Part shown: positions 1-10,815 of the stretch, one piece after another
Layout: every line of letters begins with the position of its first letter
Position numbering within the stretch: the first letter of the stretch is position 1
Source of the DNA: Squalus acanthias
Taxonomy: Eukaryota
Reading direction: 5' to 3'
Length of the DNA: 64,000 nucleotides
Assembly (NCBI GenBank): GCA_030390025.1
Contig: CM059432.1
Span: 106,766,001-106,830,000 of the forward strand
Notes under the pieces: model-generated
What the model was told of the DNA's origin: nothing
Seen by the model: the letters and a program-made list of their open reading frames with translations, nothing else
Databases searched by the model: none
Position numbers and translations under genes: made by a program

Positions 1-118
1 CACTGATGCCAATTGTAGTGCCTTCACTAATTCAGCATAGACTATGGTTCGAACCTGGGACCTTCCTAATTTGTATAACTCAGTACCACATCACTTGCAA
101 CTTTGTTGAGCCATTGGG
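1..118 (-). mobile_element. Old tRNA-derived SINE head fragment (possibly AmnSINE2-like); related pieces at ~16540-16735 (-) and ~53590-53800 (+)
   Basis: The minus strand reads TGGCTCA...GGAAGGTCCCAGGTTCGAACC (A/B-box-like) then CTACAATTGGCATCAGTG. Similar motifs recur at the other loci. Confidence 0.45.
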
Positions 119-504
119 ACAGTGAAAGTTTGGAATATTGCAAAGTAAATTGTTGTACTCTGCCACAAAGTAGAATGGGACATTGTACTGCACCACTGTG
201 CTACCTGCATTCTGGAAAATCTTTACCTTCTTGTTTGATTTAAAATGTTAGATGAAAATAAAACACATTTAAATTCTTTTTGTGTCATTTCAGAAGTCAA
301 AAATTGTTGCAGTCAAGCACTAATAGCTTAAAAACGGAGACTGTCCATGAAGTTACAATATTTAGAACACAATAGTTCGTCTTACTGTATTTACAAAAAT
401 CAAATGTTGGCTTTTATTTTCTTTTGTTAAGTTACTTTGCAGTTCTTTCATTCTTTGAAAGAATCAGTCATCAAATCTAAATGTTTCCTGGATTCAATTT
501 ATAG

Positions 505-590
505 GAGCATCAAAGAAGACTGAAGGCTGGGTTGGCCTGGGGTGTTGTGAGTTGGCCATTGCTGTGGAATGTCGACGTGCATGTAAGCAG
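505..590 (+). CDS. RECK: RECK internal exon (approx. exon 5), 86 nt: (G)ASKKTEGWVGLGCCELAIAVECRRACKQ
   Basis: tttatAG acceptor at 503-504 and GTAATA donor at 591. The translation matches the recalled vertebrate RECK motif GWVGLGCCELAIALECRQACKQ. Ends in phase 0. Confidence 0.96.
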
Positions 591-669
591 GTAATATGCT
601 TCAGCTGTGTATGGATTTCGCATAGTACTTTAGGAAAGAACAAAAATGTTCTTTTGAGTTGGGAAGGAA

Positions 670-910
670 GAACTTCCATTTATATATACAGCAACAAAAA
701 AACAGCACTTTATCATGTCCTCAAAACATCCAAAAGTGCTTCACAATCAGTGAATTACTTTTGAAATGCAGTCACTGTTGTTATGTAGGCAAATGTAATT
801 CCAATTTTATTTTGCACACAGCAAGGTCCCACAAAACAGAAAATGTGATAGATGCCCAGTTTTTCTGTTTTTGGTAGTGTTTGTTGAACGATGAATGTTG
901 ACCAGGGCAC
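670..910 (-). mobile_element. Deu-SINE (SacSINE1-like) 3' half
   Basis: Reverse-complement similarity to the 3' half of the full copies at 16066 and 40317 (acaacagtgact...tcaaaagta). Confidence 0.75.
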
Positions 911-1104
911 TATTGCATGAGGCAGTCTGATAGCTTTGGATGTTGAAGTCTACATTGGAGGGGGGGCTGTGCTGGAGTTGCTGAGTGATGCTGCCCGGAG
1001 ATCCACCTTGATGTCATCCAACAGCAAAACATCGACATGTGCTTCGGTCGACACACACTAACTGTACAGATAGACTTGAGTTGGCTAAGACCATTTGACA
1101 CTCA

Positions 1105-1488
1105 AGGGTACGGTAACGTAGAGGCCTGGACTAATAGTCCAGAAAATGCAAATTCAAATCCTACTGTGGCAATTTAACAATTTGAATTCAGTTTAAGAAA
1201 TCTGGAAATTAGAATCTGCTGTCAGTAAAAAGGGACCATGAAGCTGTCAGATTGTCATAAAAACCCATCTGGTTCACTAATGTCCTTTAGGGAAGGAAAC
1301 CTGCCATCCTTGCACGGTTTGGCCTATATGTGACACCAGTCCCACACCAATGGTTGACTCTTAACTGCCCTCTGAAGTGGCAAAACAAGCCACTCGGTCG
1401 TATCCCCACCTTCTCAGGGAAATTAAGGATGGGCAATAAATGCCGGCCTTGCCAGCGTCGTCCACATCCCAAGAATGAATTAAAAAAG
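1105..1488 (+). mobile_element. SINE sharing its 3' tail with LINE family X
   Basis: Ends CACCTTCTCAGGGAAATTAAGGATGGGCAATAAATGCCGGCCTTGCCAGCG...GAATGAATTAAAAA, the same tail as the LINEs at 17044, 27586 and 35258. A second copy lies at 49295-49490. Confidence 0.75.
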
Positions 1489-3229
1489 ACTCTGTCTTTG
1501 CTTCCCGTTTCTCCTGGTCCACACCATCAGGTGGTGCACCGACACCAACCAGGGCTAGTGCTTCTGGTAGGAGAAAGAATTGCGGCCGCGCACCTCTCTG
1601 CCAGTCCCGAGCAGCCCGTAAAGTTTCACGCACGCTGTGAATGGGCCACGCAGCCCCTTAAAGGGGCTGCACACCCCCAAAAAATAAGAGGGACTATTGC
1701 TTGCACCAACTAAATTAGGTCCCTCAAGGTGCATCCTTGAGACCATTGCCACTTTGTTCTATCATCTCAGGTGGCATCAAAGTGAGCTCAAGGTTTTGGT
1801 CCCCTTTGTGGAACCTCCCCCAGAGGGCTTAGATACCCAGTCTGGGGATTCATACTATGGAGATGGCTACTGTTGACATGAGGGGCGGGGGTGCGGGGAT
1901 GCTCTTTACCATATTATAGTTCTGGGTCTCCTCTGAGCCTCTCAGGTCTGCACTCTAGCCATGCCCATCAATTCGTGGAAGATGTTTGGGTACCTGTAGT
2001 GTTGGTGCCAAAGGACACTGCACTTGCTTTTACTTAATCTGCTCCTATTTAAGACCTTGCAGCTCAGTATAGACTTCATTGCCTGCAACACTAAGACTCC
2101 GAGTGCCCAACTTTGTTGACTGCACCACAGAAATGGCTCTGCAGCTGGCATGTGAACAGAGCAAGAGGAGGATAGTGTTGATCTGCCAGAGTAGCTTGTA
2201 GCCCACTTGCTTGGTAAGGCTGACCAGCTATTTGACTCATTAAAGCGAGGGTGGCTAGGATTCAACTAGTACTGCTCGAATTCTGTACATCCAATAGTGG
2301 ACTTCCTCAGTGTCTCAAAGATCCCATCCTACCACCATGCTTCTTCTCTTTGGACTGCTGCCATGGGAATGAGGGCTAATATGTGGAAGTCACCAGGCTT
2401 AGATTGTGTCCATTGTTGATCCGTGGCATACCTTGCTGATCACTAAGTAGTTGTTTTTCCGGTGCTGTCGAGGCACGTGAAAAGTACTGTCCTGGAGATG
2501 AAATGTGAATGTTCTGTTGTATTGTTAAGGTAGCTGGACTAGTTGCAGGCATATCTTCCAGCAGAGGTCAGTGCAAACCTGCACTGCTTGCCATCAAATC
2601 CATTGGATTGACTTCTCACCAGAGACTTCATAGCTTAAGGCTGTCGAGGAGATCTCTACCATCAGTCGCTTGTGTTAATCTAAGGCCAATTCAAGGGCAC
2701 TTTACTGTAACAGCATGCTGCAGTGGACAACCCAGACATAGGTGCAGTGCCTTAGGAAAGCTTCCTCTGCCAGATTGGCAGTGTTTGTCAAGGTTCCCTT
2801 TGGAACCTTAGCAGCAGCATCTTTGGATAACCTTTGGTAAAATATAGTTGGAGGAGAAGTAGAGAAGTTGTGAAGTCTATGAAACTCCATTTCATGCAAG
2901 CCGCAGAAGGCCTGAGTTACCCATCTGAGCTTCTCTTGTCTAGACAACGTCCAGGCTAATTAGCAACAGCCCTTCCATAGCTTTGGTTGGGGCTTTTAGG
3001 TCTCGGTTCCAGGCTAGGACCAGATCCATGGAATTCTTGCTATAGAACCATAAGGACCAGACCCCACCTCTCCAGTATTGTCTTTGCTTCCCAGACTGTG
3101 TAACTAGGTGGCCATGCAGTTGTAAAGGTTTGCAACAAACACTGCAACAAACAAACAGGAGATCACTAGCAAGGAGTAACCTTTATATTTAGAGGATGAA
3201 CCTGTGCCTTTGATTTGTGGTCATTAATG

Positions 3230-3330
3230 GGCCCCATGCTCTGGAATTCTCTCCCTAAACCCCTGTGCCTCTCCACCTGTGTCTCCTTTAAGACCCTCCT
3301 TAAAATTCACCTCTGACCAAGCTTTTAAAT
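3230..3330 (+). mobile_element. L2 3'-end fragment
   Basis: ctctggaattctctccctaaacc...gaccaagctttt matches 58299-58390 of the long L2. Confidence 0.7.
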
Positions 3331-3644
3331 GCCAACTTTTGACAGAAATTGGTTCAAAGAAGGTGTTGAAGTCCTTTTCTTTTATTGCACATTATAGTGA
3401 GATTTTGTTTTGGGTGCTGTGTGCATGACAAAGTGACTGATTGGATTCCAAATATTAAACTGTGGAAGTTATTCATTGTATGAGATTAAAAAAAACTAAA
3501 ACTGTGTTCATGCTATTGAACAAATCAAATAATTTATTGTTTTAAATGCAAGCTTTATAATTGGTGAAACTAAATAGGTGCCTGCTTAGTACTAGAGGCA
3601 TTTTAGCCTGTAACAAACATTTAAGTCAATTATATAATGGAAAA

Positions 3645-3775
3645 AAGAAAGACTTGCATTTATATAGAACCTTTCACGACCACGGGACGTCCCAAAGCGC
3701 TTTACAGCCAATTAAGTACTTTGAAGTGCAGTCACTGTTGTAATATCGGAAATGCGGCAGCCAATATGCACACCG
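3645..3775 (-). mobile_element. Deu-SINE/L2-type 3' tail fragment
   Basis: aagaaagacttgcatttatatag...gggacgtcccaaagcgctttacagcc is the reverse complement of the SINE tail. Confidence 0.8.
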
Positions 3776-3868
3776 CACTATGTTCAAATATTTTTCAAAA
3801 AAGTTATTAGTTTACATTTTCTGCAATGTTTTTTTCATTATCATATGCACTATTTTGTTTTATTTTAG

Positions 3869-3913
3869 GCTTCTTCAAAGAATGATCTTAAGAGCTGCAG
3901 GAAGGAATATGAG
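3869..3913 (+). CDS. RECK: RECK exon (approx. exon 6), 45 nt: ASSKNDLKSCRKEYE
   Basis: Polypyrimidine tract plus ttttAG at 3867-3868, donor GTCTGT at 3914, phase 0/0. Matches RECK ASSKNDISKVCRKEYE. Confidence 0.94.
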
Positions 3914-3934
3914 GTCTGTATAATATACTAATAA

Positions 3935-4396
3935 AATAACGCAGCAGTATTTAAATTTAACAGTTGCCGCACGGGTTTCCCAGAGCTCAGGAAACCTGGC
4001 AGTAAAAGGGAGGCGGGAGCTGCTGGTTCCAGAAGGTAAGTGCCTTTTACATCACTCCTTGTGGGCCAGGAGGAGCAGGGTGCTCCCCCGGCCCCTCAAG
4101 GAAGCCTTTGGCCTCCCCTCTGCCGATTATGGCCACTCTCTCTCCCTTGTGGCAATCGCCCCCATCCAGCCCTGATCTCGCGTTTCCCCCCCCCCACCCT
4201 GCTCCCGATTGCCAATGATTTTCTTACCCGGCAGCCAGCCTGTCAGTATGGCTGGCTGTCATGCGGGAAACGGAAGAAAAAAAATTATAATGTGTGTTAA
4301 ATTCAACAGGACCTCTCTGTCCCTGGCCTTGCTGGGTTTTCTCCGTGCTGCCGCGCTCCCCACATCCTCCTCACCTTTCCGTAAATATCGAGGCCT
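3935..4396. mobile_element. GC-rich MITE-like element (probably Harbinger-derived); left end not evident
   Basis: Abrupt GC/CpG-rich block ending AAATATCGAGGCC, which resembles the AAAATCGCGGCC Harbinger TIR in this window. Confidence 0.5.
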
Positions 4397-4429
4397 ATGA
4401 TTCTGTGATGTCCCATAGTTTTTTGATCT

Positions 4430-5035
4430 ATATACAGTATAATGTTTTACATTTATATTGATGCTAAATTGTAATGGTTATTTGTCTGCCCAATTGCAGA
4501 ACCAGTCTAAATTCTTCTGAAAATCTTTTTCTATGTCCTGTGACTCCACTGCTCTCCCGACTTTTGTTTTTCAGTAAATCCGACCAGCTAAAATTTGGTT
4601 TTGGTATCCGTTATTTATATGTAGATTGCAAACCATAGGATCCAAGCAGTAATCGTTTTATTACTCTGCTCAACACTTCTCCTCTTGCCCCTCCCACCTC
4701 CTCCTAATCGTTTCTAGAATACTTGGTTCTTTTATTTTTAATCAGTTTCTCATCCAGTCTCATGTTCTACTTGGATTCCTGTAGCTTTTAGCTCCTTGAA
4801 GTTATTCATGTGGAACTTTGTCAAAAGCTTTCAGGAAGCCCAAATGAACCATATCATTGGGAGTGACATTGCCTACTTTTATCTGCATCTTCAAAGGAAT
4901 AAGGAAGTTTGTTAGACAAGATCCACCCCTCCTAATTACATGTTATTCCATTTTGTTAATTGTTACTGATGTTGGGCTAATGGGTAACTGGTTGCCAGGG
5001 TCAATTTTGCCACCATTTTTAAATGTAGGTACAAT
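4430..5035 (-). mobile_element. Highly decayed CR1 RT fragment
   Basis: The minus strand retains remnants of KAFDKVP (ggaactttgtcaaaagcttt) and PISPTSV-like motifs. Confidence 0.65.
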
Positions 5036-5618
5036 GGAGCCCACTTAAGGGAATTGCTTACAATCCCTTAATCAGACAATTCTGTTGCCCAATCAATAAA
5101 TTTAGTCTACTACAGCATGCATGTTTGAAACGCAGTTCATACAAGGTAATAATATATATGTAAGTGAACTGAAAAGTACAGCAAGGTGAAATACACTATG
5201 AATGAAATATTTATAAAATAAAGTGCAACAGTGCATATTTATCGTTTTGTGGACCCTGGTTACAACTTGCCTGAAGACAGAAGTTGGTGTGCATGCATTT
5301 TTTTCATGTAACCCCTTATTCCCTTGAAATAAGTATGGATCTGGATTAAGCTTTACATAGTGTCAAATAGCTCTAGGGAAATATTGCTTTGCGTTGTCTA
5401 CATGAGTGTTAATTAACTGTTAAACAGTGGGATTTTTATTCAGTGACCTATTCATTGCTCCTTTTAATCCAAGATACATCTAGATGCTAAACCTTTATAA
5501 AACACTGATTAGAACTCAGCTAGAGTACTGTGTTCAATTTTGGGCACCACACTTTAGGAAGGATGTCAAGGCCTTAGAGAGGGTGCAGAAGAGATTTACT
5601 AGAATGATACCAAGGATG

Positions 5619-6882
5619 CCACATAAAAGATTATTACTCAAGATAAAAAATCACTGGATTGGGGGTAATATTCTGGCATGGGTGGAGGATTGGTTATCTA
5701 ACAGGAAGCAGAGAGTTGGGATAAATGGTTCATTCTCGGACTGGCAACCAGTAGCCAGTGGTGTTCCGCAGGGGTCTGTGCTGGATCCCCAACTCTTTAC
5801 AATCTATATTAACGATTTGGAGGAGGGGACCGAGTGTAACATATCAAAGTTTGCAGATGATACAAAGATGGGAGGGAAAGTAGAGAGTGAGGAGGACATA
5901 AAAAACCTACAAGGGGATATAGACAGGCTGGGTGAGTGGGCAGAGATTTGGCAGATGCAATACAATATAGGAAAATGTGAGGTTATGCACTTTGGCAGGA
6001 AAAATCAGAGAGCAAGTTATTATCTTAATGGCGAGAAACTGGAAAGTACTGCAGTACAAAGGGATCTGGGGGTCTTGGTGCAAGAAAATCAAAAAGTTAG
6101 TATGCAGGTGCAGCAGGTGATCAAGAAAGCCAATGGAATGTTGGCTTTTATTGCCAGGGGGATAGAATATAAAAACAGGGAGGTATTGCTGCAGTTGTAT
6201 AGGGTATTGGTGAGACCGCACCTGGAGTACTGCATACAGTTTTGGTGTCCATACTTAAGAAAAGACATACTTGCTCTCGAGGCATTACAAAGAAGGTTCA
6301 CTCGGTTAATTCCGGGGATGAGGGGGTGGACATACGAGGAGAGGTTGAGTAGATTGGGACTCTACTCATTGGAGTTCAGAAGAATGAGAGGCGATCTTAT
6401 TGAAACATATAAGATTGTGAAGGGGCTTGATCGGGTGGACGCGGTGAGGATGTTCCCAATGATGGGTGAAACTAGAACTAGGGGACATAATCTTAGAATA
6501 AGGGGCTGCTCTTTCAAAACTGAGATGAGGAGAAACTTTTTCACTCAGAGGGTAGTGTGTCTGTGGAATTTGCTACCCCAGGAAGCTGTGGAAGCTACTT
6601 CATTAAATAAATTTAAAACAGAAATAGACCGTTTCCTAGAAGTAAAGGGAATCAGGGGTTACGGGGAGCGGGCTGGAAATTGGACATGAGTTTGAGTTCG
6701 GATCGGTCAAGGCCCTGTGGGTGGCGGAGCGGGCCCAGGGGCCGAGTGGCCTGGTCCTGCTCCGACTTCTTGTGTTCTTTAGAGTTGAGGTTGGATCAGA
6801 TCAGCCATGATCTTATTGAATGGCGGAGCAGGCTCGAGGGGCCGATTGGTCTACTCCTGCTCCTATTTCTTATGTTCTTATG
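5619..6882 (+). mobile_element. Young 5'-truncated CR1 (family B), intact RT C-terminal half, doubled 3' tail
   Basis: Uninterrupted ORF with SGVPQGSVL and KFADDTK motifs to the stop at 6689, a (TTCTTATG)n tail, and ATG at both junctions. Confidence 0.93.
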
Positions 6883-7551
6883 AGGGACTTCAGTTATGTG
6901 GAGGAGCTGGGGTTGTTCTCCTTAGAGAAGAGAAGGTTAAGAGGAGATTTGATAGATGTGTTGAAAATCTTGAGTGGTTTTGATAGTCATTCAGGAGAAA
7001 CTGTTTCCAGTGGCAGAAGTGTTGGTAACCAGAAGACACAGATTTAAGGGGCTTGATTTTACCAGCCCTGAGGAGGCGGGTCAGGTGGTAAAATGGCTAA
7101 AAATGGCGGCGGGTTCCGATCCCGCCGTCAACCCGCCTCCGTGCAACTTTGCCAAAGGTGGGCTTGCAGACTCCCGTTTGGTCCCGCCACCAAGCAGCGG
7201 GATAGGCCCTTAAGGCAGTTAACTGCCTGTGTAATCCTATTTTGCCTGCCCTTTTAAATTTTACTACATTTTCAGCGTGTTCCACGTCATTCCCAAACCA
7301 CGCCAGCTAATGTGTCGGGTTCACAAGTGGCTGCCTTCTTGACAGCTGCAGCTCCAGCATAAAAACGGAGCTCTCAACAAGGATCAGTTGCAGGTGGCAG
7401 AACTTTGTTTATTCAGGTCTTGGAAAACATTTTGCAGGTTTACTGATTTTGGAAGTGGTGAAGCTGAGATCCATCTCCACTGTCACCTCCTGGCAAAACC
7501 CTCTCCCCACATTGACTGAGTGCTTCTTCAACGGAGATATCTACCAGCAGC

Positions 7552-8719
7552 ATGGGAACCATTTATTTCCTTTCATCTTGGTCCTCAGAATTGGAGGATG
7601 AGCAGCCGCGGCAGCAGCAGAACCAGGCACAACAGCAGCACCAACAGCAGGAGCGCCAACCTCCTGCTCAGCCACCCGATGGTGCACAGGGCAGAAGGCG
7701 TCAGCGCAGGGATGCACGTCGCCGCAGGAGATACCCCCAACACGGTTTACAGGCCGAGGATGACCTTCCTCAACATGACTGAGCAGTAGTGCCAAAGGAG
7801 GCTGAGACTTTCGCGAGAGGTAGTCATCTGCGCAATGCTGCACCAACACCTGGAGCCCAGAGGAGCGGGTGGATACTCCTTACCAGTGGCTGTCAAAGTC
7901 ACCACCGCCCTCAATTTATTTGCTTCAGGGTCCTTCCAGGGCTCATCAGCAGACATCAGCAGCATCTCCCAGTCGGCTGCACACACTTGCATCAAGCAGG
8001 TAACCGATTCTTTGCAAAGGCGCACAATTACATCCACTTTTCCACGGATCAAGCAAGTATAACCGCGCATGCGGTTGGCTTTGCAAATATGGCAGGCTTG
8101 CCAAGGGTGCAGGGCGTCGTAGACTGCACCCCATCACAACCCAGCTGTTTTTATCAACCGCAAGGGCTTCCACTCCCTCAACGTGCAGCTGGTGTGTAAC
8201 CACAGGAAGGACATTTTGCATGTTTGCGTGAAGTACACTGGCAGTTGTCATGACTCGTTCATCCTGCGCCAGTCTAGTGTGCCTCCGCTCTTCAATACGC
8301 CAAACCAACTTTCCGGGTGGCTACTTGGAGACAAGGGCTATCCCCTGAAGTCGTGGCTAATGAAGCTGTTGAGGAGGCCATCGAACGAAGCCGAGGAGCG
8401 CTACAATGGCAGCCACATTTCCACCAGAGCCATCATCGCGCAAACCATCGACTTGCTGAAGATGTGATTCAGATGCCTTGATAGATCAGGTGGAGCCCTA
8501 CAGTATTCAGCAGCCAGGGTCGTGGTCTGCTGTGCACTGCACAACATCGCACAGCATCGTGGCTTGCAGCTGCCTGAGGAACAAGTGGCTCAGCGTATAG
8601 CCTCCTCAGATGAGGAGGAGGAAGACCTTGCGGAGGCGGATGCGCCAGTTCCAGCAGCACACGAGCACATTGCTGCCCGTGATGCAAGGAATGCACTAAT
8701 CTTTGCCAGATTCGCTTAG
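7552..8719 (+). pseudogene. Harbinger DDE transposase (HARBI1-family), with stops and frameshifts
   Basis: Motifs [33 protein letters not shown] and [10 protein letters not shown] are spread over several frames. Stops at 7787-7789 and 8465-8467. Confidence 0.9.
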
Positions 8720-8872
8720 CAGACGAATCAAACAAATGTGGCTGGCACCTTCTTAACACACCATACACAATGTAAAAGAACCTGTGGGTTCCTATCACTC
8801 TGACCACCATCATTACCAATGCAAGTCGCCCTGAGCCAACAGAACAGAACACCCAAGTGACTACCCATGTGA

Positions 8873-10815
8873 CTAATTGTGCTGTATCTTCCTCTTACGC
8901 GTGCTTCTACGTGGTGCCTCCCCTGTGGCTTCAGCAGATGTGGAGGCACCTTGCTCACTTTCATGCTGCTCCTGCCTCGACACCTTTGGCAGACATCCTC
9001 TGGGTTTGCGAGCCTGTGAGGGCTCGTCAACAGTCTGCTCCTCCTGCGTCTGTGCAGGGGCTGAGATGCCCATCTCAGTTGGGTGAGGACTCTGGTGGGG
9101 CTCTGACCGAGGGCTACTCAGTGGCATGGGAGTGTGAGCGCTTGGAGAGGAGCCCCCACTTCCTTGTTGCCTGCCACCAGCATCCCTCTCATGGGTCAGG
9201 CCCACTTCAGTGCTAGCAAGTGGCTTGACAGCACCTTGCTGCACATCAGGGGGGCCATGAGGACCCGTATCTGCACTGGCAGTCCTACTCAAAAGGACTT
9301 CCATGAAGCTCTGGTTTCTCTGCTCAATGGCTGCCCATCGCTCCTTCAGAGATGTCGGTCTTTTCTGCACATTCACCATGTTTTCCTGACTCTAGCGACT
9401 TATTTCCTCCGTGGCCGTAGCCAGCCTTTCCACGGAGGTTGCCATCCTTTCCGTGGTGGTGCGTTCATGCGCCATTGCCTCCACAAAAGCACTGCTCATG
9501 TTAGATATGGACTCCTCCATCCTCTCCACACTCACAGTAACCCTGGAGACAAAACCTGCCAGAGACTCCTGCATTTGTTCCTGGAGTTCCAGCGCTGCTC
9601 TCTTTCTGGATGGACCCGGAGGCACAGGGTCGACATGCAGCTGAACCTAGCTGGGAGTGCCCTGCAGCCTCCGACGAGGACTCTCCACTGCTGTCCCTGT
9701 CTCCACCATCTGCTGATGCTCACTTGTGAGCTGTGATACACCAGGTGACGACGCTACTCTGTCTCCCGAAGGTCCCGAAGGTGTGCGTATCTGTGCTGGT
9801 GCTGGGTGCGCTTAATTCTGCTGACGCTGCGTCCTCAGAGGTTGCAGGTTCCTCTGAGGAGTCTTCTGGCTCCGGCTCTTCCTCCTGGACAGTGGGGAGG
9901 GGGGCTGTCGGTGGTCCTGTGGGGGAGTAAAGGCATGAGTTAGACATGTGGTATTAACGTAGCATGCACATGGACTTGTGCAGATGATCATAAGTCAATC
10001 TGTATGAGCATCAGAAGCCATATCAGTCACTCATGCGATGTAAATGAGAGAGATGCAAAACTATTCTGTCACCAGCTTGTTCTGATGTGCCTGTCTGTCC
10101 GTCCCCCACTTCCAGATCCTCCTCGGCTCCAACAACCTCTAGGGCCGCCTCCTCAGCGCTGGTGAGATGGGCTACTGAGGGTGGCCCTCCTCCTGTCTTC
10201 GCCCTTTCCCTCTTATTGTGGGCTCTCTTTTCCTGCAATGAGGGACACAAGTCGAGTTTGAGTGAGAATGATGGAGTGAGTGTAGAGAATCCATAGCATA
10301 GATGCTTAGAAGGAGACAAAGATGGAGTGAGGTCCCAATACCAAGGGCCCTCCCTGTGTGTTGTTAGTTGTTGTCATTGCATAACAGTGATAGGGAGTGT
10401 GAGGGCAGCATAGTCGAATAGTGAAGTGATTGTGTACATAGAGAGAGAGGGATGGTTAAGGGTGCAAGGAATGTAAGGGTAAAGTGGGATGTGTAGGAGT
10501 AGGTTGACAATGCAGAGTGCTGATGCTGAGAGGAGATGGGGAGCAGAATGAGGGTAAAGGTGATGGTATACTCACTTTTCCTGTGCGGACAAGCTCATTG
10601 AACCTCTTTCGGCACTGCAGCCAGGTTCTGCTGCACAACGATCTGGAGCTCACCTCCTGAGCCAGTTACAGCCGCACAGCTTTGGTCTGCTGGGGAGATT
10701 TTTTCCTCCCAGAGGAAGGAAAGAGCACCTTCTTTTGAGCTCTGGCTCCCTCCACCAGAGCATGTAGGCAGTCATCATCGAAGCGAAGTGAGGCCTTGGG
10801 CCTTGAGCTAGACAT
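8873..10815 (-). pseudogene. Harbinger Myb/SANT-like DNA-binding partner gene, 3 exons (10815-10576, 10232-10073, 9916-8873), disrupted
   Basis: RTWLQCRKRFNEL trihelix motif and KRERAKTGGGP motif. GT-AG introns in matching phase (0, then 1). Premature TAA at 10668-10666 and frameshifts in the last exon. Confidence 0.82.

Noticed and set aside
5484..6689. Functional 401-aa RT gene
   Set aside because: It is a chimera of two CR1 copies lacking the RT N-terminal motifs and the endonuclease.
7552..10815. Domesticated HARBI1/NAIF1-like host genes
   Set aside because: They are enclosed by TIRs and a TSD within an intron and carry stops and frameshifts, so this is a transposon copy.
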